Shown here one piece after another: positions 26,153 through 34,095 of a stretch of DNA of 55,554 nt (positions are counted from its first letter, which is position 1; every line of letters starts with the position of its first letter). A program made the position numbers and the translations under genes. The notes beneath the pieces were generated by a model, which was not told where the DNA came from, did no database searches, and was given only the letters and a program-made list of their open reading frames with translations. Source of the DNA: a virus; IMG/VR virus record IMGVR_UViG_3300045988_021851, positions 1 to 55,554 of that record; one strand, written 5' to 3'.

Positions 26153-26707
26153 TTACTGAATGTAATGTGATAAAACGTCATTGTTCTTAGGTGCGTTAGA
26201 TATAAGGCTTTCTGCTATCTTTTCAGCGTTTGTCTTATTGTCTGCACCGCTTTTATTACTGCCGCCACCCGGAATATCCTGATGTTTTGCAATCTCCTGT
26301 TCCTTAGCCTGTGCCGCAGCTGTTTCTTTTTCGGACATAATCTTGCCAAGTTCGGTGTAATCAAGGCTTCCATCATCTTTAACAACCGTCTTTGCCTGTT
26401 CAGCAGTAATCTTAAAATTAGTCATAGCTGCTTCCCTCTGGTCTCTGATAGCGTTAGATTTCTGTAAATCTGCTATCTGCTGATTAGCTGTATCTAATGC
26501 CTTATTTGCCTTTTCAAGCTCCGACATATTACCAGCCTGTATTTCATCAAGCTGCTTCTGTAAGCCATCTGCTGTGTCAGCCTTAGCCTTGTACTGCTTT
26601 GCCTTGTTTTTCTCGGTAGCAACTTCTGAATTGTTCTGATTAAGAAGATTTGTAATCTGTTCATCTGTTGCTTCTGGAAAAAGTTTTAATACATCTTCTC
26701 TTGTCAT
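26153..26707 (-). CDS. scaffolding protein
   Basis: Start MTREDVLKLF with GGAGGT RBS; helical, charged, Q/K/E-rich; between the portal and capsid genes. Confidence 0.6.
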   Translation of the reverse strand: MTREDVLKLFPEATDEQITNLLNQNNSEVATEKNKAKQYKAKADTADGLQKQLDEIQAGNMSELEKANKALDTANQQIADLQKSNAIRDQREAAMTNFKITAEQAKTVVKDDGSLDYTELGKIMSEKETAAAQAKEQEIAKHQDIPGGGSNKSGADNKTNAEKIAESLISNAPKNNDVLSHYIQ

Positions 26708-26815
26708 AATTACCTCCGTTAAACACACGCTTTTGTTACCGCAGGTCGCTCCTGCTGTGTTCTTCTGCTATTTACCGCATAGCTGCAAAATGTATAAAAT
26801 AAAAGCAGCTACCGA

Positions 26816-28252
26816 TTATTCGATAACCGCCTTATTTTGCTGATTATTATTAAGTTGATTAACTATCTCTTGTGCTTTTTGTTCTTGTGCTTCCACATCA
26901 TCAATAGTCTTGTATATATTATCAAGATATGGTTTTGATAAAAGGAATGTCTTTTCTGCATCTCCCCATAAACCAACTGTCTTAATTGCTATAAGTGGAT
27001 GTATGCCACTTTGAAGCAACACTGTAAGTGTCTGTGCTTTAGTGTACATATTGTCCTGCGGACTGTGATTTATTTGTACATCAAAATCTCTAACCGATAG
27101 TTTTAAGTCTTCTCCTGCAAGTCTTAGAATATTAAGAATTACTACCGCTAACCGCTTTTCGCACGATTTAACAATAGGGTCTTTCAGTTTTGCTCTTGTC
27201 TTAGAGAAATCCCATCCGTTTCTTAACTCGACCGCTCCTTGCGTATCTCCGCCTGTGTTGCCCTGTTTGTTTGGTATAGCCAATATAGATAATGTGTTAT
27301 CCCACAAATCTTCTTTAGCAACTTGACATTGTGTCTGATTAAGCTCTTGTGTCATAATTTCGACATCCGACTTATTGTCCTTATTGATGGACTTAACTGT
27401 AAGAGCGTGGTTCATTTTCATTTTTGCAAATGTTTCTTCATCAACTTCGCAATTTACAAACTTAACCCAGTATTCAACAAATTGCTGTATACTATCCATT
27501 CTGTTAGACTGCATATTGTTAATAGCATCAAGCATGCCTACAACAAGCTCAATATCGGATATTCTTTCGTGATTATTAGGAAACTCAACGATAGGGATTT
27601 CACCATATGTATGTAGTTTTGCTTCAACTACTTTGCTGTCAACAATTCTAAAAGACATAGTGTCGGAAAATGCCATCTTATACCAGTTTTCATCCTCATC
27701 TTTAAGTTCTTGCACAACAAGCATAGGTTCTTCTGTGCTTTCATTGTAAACAACGTAAGTATTCATTGGTGTAGGTGCTACAATTCTAAACGGCACATCA
27801 CCATTTTTAGGTTGAACCGCCTTAAAGGATGTTCCTGTTGCCGATTGCCATTCTCCAGCCTTAATGTCTTTTTCTTGTTTATTGGCATCTGCCATAAAAT
27901 CATTAAGCGCATCGACAGCTTTATTGATAGTTTCATCATCTTTGCGGCTTATAAACTGAATCGGTTCGCCATATGTCTGTCCTACTTTGAATTGAACAAT
28001 TTCATATGCGTGGTTTTCTACAATCTTATTTGTAATATCCTCGTTAGTTAGCTTATGTCTATATAATATTGGTTGGTCGCCTTTGTAATAATCCCACAGA
28101 TACTTAATAACGGGCTTATTCCAGTTGAATATTCCAATTGTACTTCCAATAACCTTAACAACATTGTTAGCAGTTATTGTATCTACATTCGTGTATGCAA
28201 TTTTTCTACCATAACAGCCTCTGACAAGGTCATGAAAATACTGTGTATTCAT
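26816..28252 (-). CDS. portal protein (SPP1 gp6-like)
   Basis: 478 aa; YYKGDQPILYRHKLTNEDITNKIVENHAYEIVQFKVGQTYGEPIQF matches the conserved portal N-terminal block. Confidence 0.8.
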   Translation of the reverse strand: MNTQYFHDLVRGCYGRKIAYTNVDTITANNVVKVIGSTIGIFNWNKPVIKYLWDYYKGDQPILYRHKLTNEDITNKIVENHAYEIVQFKVGQTYGEPIQFISRKDDETINKAVDALNDFMADANKQEKDIKAGEWQSATGTSFKAVQPKNGDVPFRIVAPTPMNTYVVYNESTEEPMLVVQELKDEDENWYKMAFSDTMSFRIVDSKVVEAKLHTYGEIPIVEFPNNHERISDIELVVGMLDAINNMQSNRMDSIQQFVEYWVKFVNCEVDEETFAKMKMNHALTVKSINKDNKSDVEIMTQELNQTQCQVAKEDLWDNTLSILAIPNKQGNTGGDTQGAVELRNGWDFSKTRAKLKDPIVKSCEKRLAVVILNILRLAGEDLKLSVRDFDVQINHSPQDNMYTKAQTLTVLLQSGIHPLIAIKTVGLWGDAEKTFLLSKPYLDNIYKTIDDVEAQEQKAQEIVNQLNNNQQNKAVIE

Positions 28253-28440
28253 ATAAATAAAACTCCACTACTGCAAGCGCGTTTTGGTATCGGCTTTGTT
28301 TCAATTTTGCCTGTTGCCACGCGATAAATCACAATATGATTGCATTTTTTACATTTACACGGATGGTCTATCGTAGATCTCCCATCATAATGTCCGGCAA
28401 TTCTTCCACAATCCGGGCAATATATAGTTACTTTTTTCAT
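28249..28440 (-). CDS. zinc-ribbon protein (63 aa)
   Basis: MKKVTIYCPDCGRIAG..CKCKKCNH; ATGA overlap with the portal start. Confidence 0.55.
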   Translation of the reverse strand: MKKVTIYCPDCGRIAGHYDGRSTIDHPCKCKKCNHIVIYRVATGKIETKPIPKRACSSGVLFI

Positions 28441-28461
28441 AGCAACCTCTTTCTTGTAAAT

Positions 28462-28493
28462 AAAAAACACTGCCGTTTCTGACAGTGCTTTTT
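28462..28493. terminator. hairpin with flanking A/T runs (bidirectional terminator-like) in the leader of the portal operon
   Basis: aaaaaaCACTGcc-gtttct-gaCAGTGcttttt. Confidence 0.45.
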
Positions 28494-28600
28494 ACGTGTT
28501 ATATGCTTTTGGGGGTTGTAGGAATTTGTTTTTCTACTCTTTTAGTATATCATGCAAGTTTTAGGAAATGTTGTGAAAGAGTGTGAACTATTGTGTACTT

Positions 28601-29035
28601 TTATGCACTCTTTTCAGAGTAAAGTTGTCCATAACGTCTTTCAAACTCCTGCAATGCTCTTTTCCTAAGTTTCATAATGTTCCTGTAGGAATATTTCATC
28701 TCAACGGAAATCAAGTTCCAATCTTTTCCATTGACATAATGTGATGAAAGCACGATATATACATCTGTATTATCCATGCTGTCAATTTGCGATATGATAA
28801 TCCGTCTTTTATCAACCAATTCATCTACAAGTTTCTGAACCTCATTCTGTAAATCAACAATCTTCGATACCGCGCTCCCCATTTTATCGGGATTGCCGGA
28901 TGATTGCACATCCACTTCTTTCGGAGATATGGATATAGAAGTTGCCATATCGGATAGCCTCTTGATTTCTTCCAGCTTATTTGCAATCGCATGGTCAATT
29001 CTGCTTATCTGTGAAAGATATTTGTCTGTTGTCAT
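28601..29035 (-). CDS. sigma-region-4-like/phage transcriptional regulator (DUF1492-like pattern)
   Basis: YLSQISRIDHAI..KLEEIKRL...YIVLSSHYVNGKDWNLISVEMKYSYRNIMKLRKRALQEFE: coiled N-terminal part plus C-terminal HTH. Confidence 0.45.
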   Translation of the reverse strand: MTTDKYLSQISRIDHAIANKLEEIKRLSDMATSISISPKEVDVQSSGNPDKMGSAVSKIVDLQNEVQKLVDELVDKRRIIISQIDSMDNTDVYIVLSSHYVNGKDWNLISVEMKYSYRNIMKLRKRALQEFERRYGQLYSEKSA

Positions 29036-29038
29036 ATC

Positions 29039-30787
29039 CTAATACCTCCTAAATGGGTTTACTGCCGCTTCTACCTTTGCCTGTGTTCCGCTTCGCATCT
29101 CGTTCTCAAACAAAGCAACTGAATCCGGTGCATCATCATGCTTTACTTTTCCACTTCTTGTCATGGTTGTAAGTTCTTTCATAAACTTATAATATTGGCT
29201 TTGCCTGTCCATTTTCTTGAAATCGCGGAAATAATAATCACGAATGATATTATCTCTTGCGTTTTCCATTCGAGTTATTTTGTTTGAACAATTAAACTTG
29301 AACCGTGCGCTACATCTTCCGCCTTGATTTTTTACAATGTCCATTACATCTCGACCAAAATATTCTCCGGCACTGTTACTCTCGAATGTAACCGTCTTTA
29401 CGTTGTGCTTAATAAGCATATTTGCACATTCTGGCTTGGTAAACTGTGTTCCGGCATTATCAAACACTACATCTACGATATAAACCTCGTTGCCGTACAC
29501 ATATCCAATCGGCATTGAGCAACTATCTTCTCCCTTATCCGCACTGTCACAAGCCGCCATAATTGCATCTGGTTCTCGGTCAACAGGAAGTTCCTCAAAA
29601 TAATTAAGCTCATTCTCCGCAAACATTCGCCCTTTTGCTTCAAATGGTTCTTGTTGGAACTCTGCCGCCCACGTTTCTTCCGAAACAAGTTTTCTTTCCT
29701 TTTGGTAGTAACCGGTTGTGAATATCTTCCGCAATCCCTTTTTATCTTTTCGATAAATCTCCCAATTGCTTTCATCTGTGATCGGGTCAAGTGCCGGAAT
29801 CGCAACTTCTTTCCATCGCCATTCCAATTCATCAGCTTTATTTTGTAAAGCCGTAATCGGGTCATACAGGCTGTATTTCGTTCCCTGTATGATAATAGGT
29901 GTTCCCTCTAATCGTCTACCAAGAACATCATCTGTTACTTTCTCGCAAAGGAACTCCAATCTATCTCTATTTCGTGCTTCCTCATGGTTTTTAACGCAGT
30001 CATCAATATAGACAAGCACATTTGCTTCGGTACATCCTACGATTGCACCATCAATAGGTCTACAGGTAAATGTTGGGAAAATATTTTTGCTCTTAAGGTC
30101 GATTGATAGATTTTCAGCACTTTTATAGTCCTTTTCGCCTATCTTTGTTGCTTCCGGGAAAACACTTAAGAATCTATTGTACGTGCTTTCGGTTTCAAAA
30201 CCTTGCAATAAACCGCCATAAAATCGCTTAACAAGTCCTTCGCCTTTTCCGACACCAAATATACTTCCGTCCGGGTCGCGTCCACCCATCATCTGCGCCA
30301 ATTTCAGACCGCCTGTTGTTTTTCCGGTTCTTTTCGGTTGAGATACAGACAAAAAATCCAATTTTCCATCGTAAATCTCCTGGTATGCTCCAACTACGGG
30401 TTGTAGCACTTTTCTTCTTGGGAAATAAAATCTTTTCCACGGATCCTTTTCGTCAATTTCAATGTAATAAAAAAAGCTGTCCACAAGATAGGCTGCTTCA
30501 TACATCAAAACATCGTAGAATTGTTGAAGTACCTTGTATGTCGTATCATGTTCCCCGGCATACACTTCTAAGTCTGCAACTCTTCCACCTGTATATTGCT
30601 TGACATAGCTTGCTATAAGTTGTTTCGCCCTTGCGGATATTTTCAATCCATAATCAACGTCATGCTCTGTCCTTAAGGCAACCGCTACGGCTTGTATGTA
30701 TGCGTCTATTACCTGTTCATCAACGCCTTTTCTCTGTATGTAGTTTTCATATCCATTTACTGCATTGATTAACTGCTTTGAAGCCAA
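29039..30787 (-). CDS. terL: terminase large subunit
   Basis: 582 aa; Walker A-like PKRTGKTTGG, VLVYIDD, C-terminal HDDAPDSVALFE nuclease-domain signature; TTG start 9 nt after GGAGGT. Confidence 0.85.
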   Translation of the reverse strand: MASKQLINAVNGYENYIQRKGVDEQVIDAYIQAVAVALRTEHDVDYGLKISARAKQLIASYVKQYTGGRVADLEVYAGEHDTTYKVLQQFYDVLMYEAAYLVDSFFYYIEIDEKDPWKRFYFPRRKVLQPVVGAYQEIYDGKLDFLSVSQPKRTGKTTGGLKLAQMMGGRDPDGSIFGVGKGEGLVKRFYGGLLQGFETESTYNRFLSVFPEATKIGEKDYKSAENLSIDLKSKNIFPTFTCRPIDGAIVGCTEANVLVYIDDCVKNHEEARNRDRLEFLCEKVTDDVLGRRLEGTPIIIQGTKYSLYDPITALQNKADELEWRWKEVAIPALDPITDESNWEIYRKDKKGLRKIFTTGYYQKERKLVSEETWAAEFQQEPFEAKGRMFAENELNYFEELPVDREPDAIMAACDSADKGEDSCSMPIGYVYGNEVYIVDVVFDNAGTQFTKPECANMLIKHNVKTVTFESNSAGEYFGRDVMDIVKNQGGRCSARFKFNCSNKITRMENARDNIIRDYYFRDFKKMDRQSQYYKFMKELTTMTRSGKVKHDDAPDSVALFENEMRSGTQAKVEAAVNPFRRY

Positions 30788-30818
30788 ATAAAAAGCACCT
30801 CCGCAAAAGCAGAAGTGC
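30786..30818 (-). terminator. terminator/attenuator hairpin that contains the terL Shine-Dalgarno sequence
   Basis: - strand GCACTTCTGC-tttt-GCGGAGGTGC (10 bp incl. 2 G.U) followed by TTTTTATTT, which includes the terL TTG start. Confidence 0.6.
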
Positions 30819-30883
30819 CTTGACCTCTGCCTATAACTGTTTTAGGGTAGCGACTAACTCCGTTTGTTAGCCGGTAATATCAC

Positions 30884-31165
30884 TTAATCAATATCTGCAA
30901 TGCTCTCTACAAAGCAGTTGTAGTAGATATATCTCTTGCCATTAAAGTCAAACTTGACATATCCACCATCGTTTGTACTAAGGTCAATTTTGCCTTTATA
31001 TGTTGCAAGTTCTTTACCATCTGCCGTATATATAGTAATGGTTCTCTGCATACCGCCATTTGCATCGCTTTTCATGTCTACCACAAATCTGTCCCACGAT
31101 GCACATCCGGTCATTCCTAAACACAATGTCAATCCTAATGCAATTGCTATAATTTTCTTCTTCAT
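30884..31165 (-). CDS. lipoprotein (93 aa)
   Basis: MKKKIIAIALGLTLCLGMTGC: signal peptide plus lipobox. Confidence 0.7.
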   Translation of the reverse strand: MKKKIIAIALGLTLCLGMTGCASWDRFVVDMKSDANGGMQRTITIYTADGKELATYKGKIDLSTNDGGYVKFDFNGKRYIYYNCFVESIADID

Positions 31166-31177
31166 AATCTTGCCTCC

Positions 31178-31426
31178 CTAAATTCTTGCAACTACGTGTT
31201 CTTTTGCAAATTCTTCTTTTTCCGGGTCGTAAATAACCGAACCGTTTTTGTCAGTCTTATTCTTATCAAATTTGCAAGAAATTTTTATGCATGGGTATCT
31301 CAATGGCGTGCATTCAGCATGGAAATCAATATTATACACTCCCTTTTGCCATTTCCCATTGGCATAAATCTTTGTGTAACCGCCTTTTCTAGTTTTGATT
31401 ATGATTTTTGAACGCGTTTTCTTCAT
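31178..31426 (-). CDS. hypothetical protein (82 aa)
   Basis: ATG (MKKTRSK) in an ATGA overlap with the upstream stop. Confidence 0.5.
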   Translation of the reverse strand: MKKTRSKIIIKTRKGGYTKIYANGKWQKGVYNIDFHAECTPLRYPCIKISCKFDKNKTDKNGSVIYDPEKEEFAKEHVVARI

Positions 31427-31638
31427 TTCCAATGCACCTTGAACCCTTTCTTCTTATACTCCCCTAAGGCTTTTTTAAGGCTCATATCGTCCTCATACTT
31501 TTCATTCAGCATAATCACCACATTTCCTTTTTCAATGCCGTATATGTTGCAATTTGCAAGTTTCTTAGCCGTTCCAAGGATAGCTTTTGCCTGCTTGCGG
31601 CTCATTTCATAGGTTTTGGTTCCCATATTAACAGTCAT
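31423..31638 (-). CDS. hypothetical protein (71 aa; alternative start at 31626)
   Basis: ORF track. Confidence 0.5.
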   Translation of the reverse strand: MTVNMGTKTYEMSRKQAKAILGTAKKLANCNIYGIEKGNVVIMLNEKYEDDMSLKKALGEYKKKGFKVHWK

Positions 31639-31870
31639 TTCTCATAAACCTCTCAAAATCCTTTCTGCATTTAGGGCATAATTCATAAGTTTTCTTAAGT
31701 TTTCCGCAAAATCTTGTTTTGTAAAGCTCGCACGAAATTTCATCTTCTGTAAATCTAGCTACCGGTTCTGAATATGTACCACACGGCACATATTGTAGCT
31801 GTTGTCTTGGCTTGAATTTTATTTCAGCACCGCACCTGTCGCAAGTGTGCCATTCTTTTTGATGTTTCAT
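31628..31870 (-). CDS. zinc-ribbon protein (80 aa)
   Basis: CDRCGAEI .. CPKCRKDF. Confidence 0.55.
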   Translation of the reverse strand: MKHQKEWHTCDRCGAEIKFKPRQQLQYVPCGTYSEPVARFTEDEISCELYKTRFCGKLKKTYELCPKCRKDFERFMRNDC

Positions 31871-32055
31871 TCTTTCACCAACTTTCTACCGCAGATAGGG
31901 CAAAAATTAATTTTTACGGCTCCTGCAACCTCTTTTCCATCGCTATTGTCGAAAATCATGTTATTTTCAGCTCCAAAAAGAACTAAATTTCCTTTACCAT
32001 CAATGATTTTCTTTTTATTACGACAAAAATCACACATTCTTACGCCCCCAATCAT
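31867..32055 (-). CDS. zinc-ribbon protein (62 aa)
   Basis: CDFCRNKK .. CPICGRKL. Confidence 0.5.
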   Translation of the reverse strand: MIGGVRMCDFCRNKKKIIDGKGNLVLFGAENNMIFDNSDGKEVAGAVKINFCPICGRKLVKE

Positions 32056-32115
32056 AGCAAAAATCGGAATCCTCGTGAGATCCCGCGTCTTTTATGTGTA
32101 ACAAATGTAATTGAA

Positions 32116-32243
32116 TTGATGTGGCGAGGATTTGAACCTCGCAGAAAAGATTTACTTTCTCATAATGTCCCTGAGAAATACCTTCTCTGTATTGCATTTT
32201 GCAATAGACATTTCATAGCGTTTACCCATTCCGCCACACATCA
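32116..32243 (-). ncRNA. 128-nt tRNA-like RNA with no recognisable anticodon stem-loop
   Basis: Hand fold: acceptor TGATGTG/CACATCA, D arm GCG-GAATGGGTAAA-CGC, variable hairpin AGAAAG/CTTTTCT, T arm GCGAGG-TTCAAAT-CCTCGC. The anticodon position is occupied by about 57 nt with two hairpins. Confidence 0.4.
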
Positions 32244-32265
32244 ACGCCCGACTTTTTCGAGCAAA

Positions 32266-32350
32266 CGCAGTGTGTAGGATTCGAACCTACAAGGCGAATA
32301 AACGCCCGACCGGATAGCAACCGGCTCCAATTCCATTATGGGAACACTGC
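32266..32350 (-). tRNA. tRNA-Ser (anticodon GCU), class II
   Basis: Hand fold: acceptor GCAGTGT/ACACTGC, D stem CCA/TGG, anticodon stem GCCGG/CCGGT with loop TTGCTAT, long variable arm GGCG/CGCC, T arm GTAGG-TTCGAAT-CCTAC. Confidence 0.8.
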
Positions 32351-32515
32351 AAATGGCAATATCCAATCACTCAAAGGTTAACCAAACGCATTAGGAAATT
32401 TTGATTGTATCGCCTAACTGCTTTTGTTGTACTTCCTACTCACAGTCTTTTTGTTGTGCGTTATCTTTTTTGATTTCCACTCTCACATTCCGAAGAACCG
32501 AAAGGCCTCCCGAAG

Positions 32516-32587
32516 TTGGGATTGCAGGAATCGAACCAGCGACAACCCGGATATAAGCCGTGTCTTCTACCACTGAATTAAATCCCA
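32516..32587 (-). tRNA. tRNA-Ile (anticodon UAU), with three stem mismatches
   Basis: Hand fold: acceptor TGGGATT/AATCCCA, loop CTTATAT, T arm GCTGG-TTCGATT-CCTGC; mismatches in the D, anticodon and T stems. Confidence 0.5.
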
Positions 32588-32593
32588 ATATAG

Positions 32594-32663
32594 TGATCGG
32601 TACGAGATTCGAACTCGTGTTACCACCATGAAAGGTGGTGTCTTACCGCTCGACTAACCGATC
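32594..32663 (-). tRNA. 70-nt tRNA with a non-canonical anticodon loop (6 or 8 nt, centre UCA)
   Basis: Acceptor GATCGGT/ACCGATC, D arm and T arm ACGAG-TTCGAAT-CTCGT are good. The anticodon arm ACCACC-TTTCAT-GGTGGT cannot form a 5-bp stem with a 7-nt loop. Confidence 0.45.
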
Positions 32664-32890
32664 ATAACCGCCACAAGACGGTTAGCAATATGTTTTACGT
32701 GCTATGCGTTACACGATCATGTGACGTGGGATAGATGCATGATAGAATACCACCGGACGGTCTCGCACCGTCCTTAACAGAATCGTCCTAGTGGCGAAAG
32801 GAGGAACCCAAATGCTTGAATCACTCAACCAAGGGTTCAAGTACATATGAAAAACATACGTGGTTACATGAAACGTCAGCATGCAACCAG

Positions 32891-32962
32891 TTAGGCTACC
32901 GGGATTCGAACCCGGGAATACAGGAATCAAAATCCTGTGCCTTACCACTTGGCGATAGCCCA
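32891..32962 (-). tRNA. tRNA-Gln (anticodon UUG)
   Basis: Acceptor TGGGCTA/TAGCCTA, TCGCCAAGTGGTAAGGCA D arm, stem CAGGA/TCCTG with loop TTTTGAT, T arm CCGGG-TTCGAAT-CCCGG. Confidence 0.85.
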
Positions 32963-33115
32963 TCATTTCCAAATGACCATAATATTCATTGCAAAGATCG
33001 CGTATGAAAGCAAATACCCCATTGCGTTTGAATTGTCTTTTTGTTTTACCTGTTCTCTCATAAGTCCCAGTATTACGAGGGCATCTGCCGCTGTTGCAAT
33101 AACTTTCAAAGCCAT
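32963..33115 (-). CDS. small membrane protein (50 aa)
   Basis: MALKVIATAADALVILGL..GYLLSYAIFAMNIMVIWK; GGGAG RBS; its stop abuts tRNA-Gln. Confidence 0.4.
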   Translation of the reverse strand: MALKVIATAADALVILGLMREQVKQKDNSNAMGYLLSYAIFAMNIMVIWK

Positions 33116-33116
33116 A

Positions 33117-33467
33117 TCAATATCTCCCATCCTCAAAGCTGTGTTCCTGTTTGAATCGTTCCATTTCATTTACGCTCATACCGAAGATCCCGGCAGATGA
33201 ATCAGAGTCCGTATGTTCGAAATACTCGCCCTGCTGCGGAAACATAAACCGGAACATGGCATAATTCGCAACATCACACAGATATTCAAGGTTCCCGGTC
33301 TCTTCAAACTTGGCAAGATTCATTTTCAAACTTTCGATTGCATCCACATTCCCGTTTGCAAAATTCATTCTTGCCGGTCCGTATTTGTAATACGACTGTT
33401 CAATCAGACCTTTGCGCTTTTCATCAAAAGCTGTGGAATACTCGGTTTTCATCAATGTTTCATTCAT
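33117..33467 (-). CDS. hypothetical protein (116 aa)
   Basis: Start MNETLMK in an ATGA overlap with the upstream small ORF. Confidence 0.55.
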   Translation of the reverse strand: MNETLMKTEYSTAFDEKRKGLIEQSYYKYGPARMNFANGNVDAIESLKMNLAKFEETGNLEYLCDVANYAMFRFMFPQQGEYFEHTDSDSSAGIFGMSVNEMERFKQEHSFEDGRY

Positions 33468-33625
33468 TTCAGTTTTCCCTGTTTCTGTTTCCAAAAATCG
33501 CATGAATGGATGTATTCTACTAAATCAGCGGCATAATCGCTTTCGCCGTTTGAACAAACATAACCGTTTGTCTTGACACATAAGCCATATTTGTAGGTGC
33601 CGCAACAACTATTGGTATCTAACAT
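33464..33625 (-). CDS. Cys-rich small protein (53 aa)
   Basis: My own translation MLDTNSCCGTYKYGLCVKTNGYVCSNGESDYAADLVEYIHSCDFWKQKQGKLK; GGAGAA RBS. Confidence 0.45.
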   Translation of the reverse strand: MLDTNSCCGTYKYGLCVKTNGYVCSNGESDYAADLVEYIHSCDFWKQKQGKLK

Positions 33626-33635
33626 ATTCGTTCTC

Positions 33636-33794
33636 CTATCTAGCCTTGTATCGCTTTTCTAACCCGCATTTCCTGCAGCGACACACTTTTATGCTATTAA
33701 ATAACTTATTGCCATCCATGATGTCTGTATTGAACAAAAGCTCCCAATCATGCTTACAGAGGTATGAACGAATATACTCAATCAATGTCCTCAT
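33636..33794 (-). CDS. small CxH..CxxC protein (52 aa, DUF1660-like pattern)
   Basis: My own translation MRTLIEYIRSYLCKHDWELLF..VCRCRKCGLEKRYKAR; AAGAGG RBS. Confidence 0.45.
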   Translation of the reverse strand: MRTLIEYIRSYLCKHDWELLFNTDIMDGNKLFNSIKVCRCRKCGLEKRYKAR

Positions 33795-33878
33795 AGTGCT
33801 TGACCTCTTTTTGTTTTTAAAAAATTTTTTGGAAATGTAGTTGCGATTCGCAACGTGAAAGTGAATTGTTATAAATTT

Positions 33879-33906
33879 ATTATAGCCTATTTACGGTGAA
33901 AGTCAA
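33879..33906 (-). promoter_or_regulatory. promoter TTGACT-16-TATAAT driving the small-gene/tRNA block
   Basis: - strand TTGACT (33906-33901), 16-nt spacer, TATAAT (33884-33879). Confidence 0.6.
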
Positions 33907-34095
33907 TGGGTGCTGTAAGCGACTTTTTATTTTTTGAGGTATTTAAGGGACTTAGTAGCCGCCCGGTGGTCTTTCTGCCAGACCCCCTCCCCATCCTTTT
34001 TCTGCAAACATGGAAATCTAAAATATTTTCCGTTTCGTTTTGTTGTCATTGTGTGAAAATCAAATTGTTTTAATACAATTCATGTCATACCCTTG

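Noticed and set aside
29473-29865. 130-aa ORF in an alternative frame inside terL, plus 30228..30440
   Set aside because: Both are embedded in the terminase gene, have a basic low-complexity composition and lack an RBS.
32709-33007. ORFs 32709..32972 (-) and 32816..33007 (+) in the tRNA region
   Set aside because: They run straight through tRNA-Gln and structured spacer RNA. There is no credible start context, apart from an SD followed by only 12 codons.
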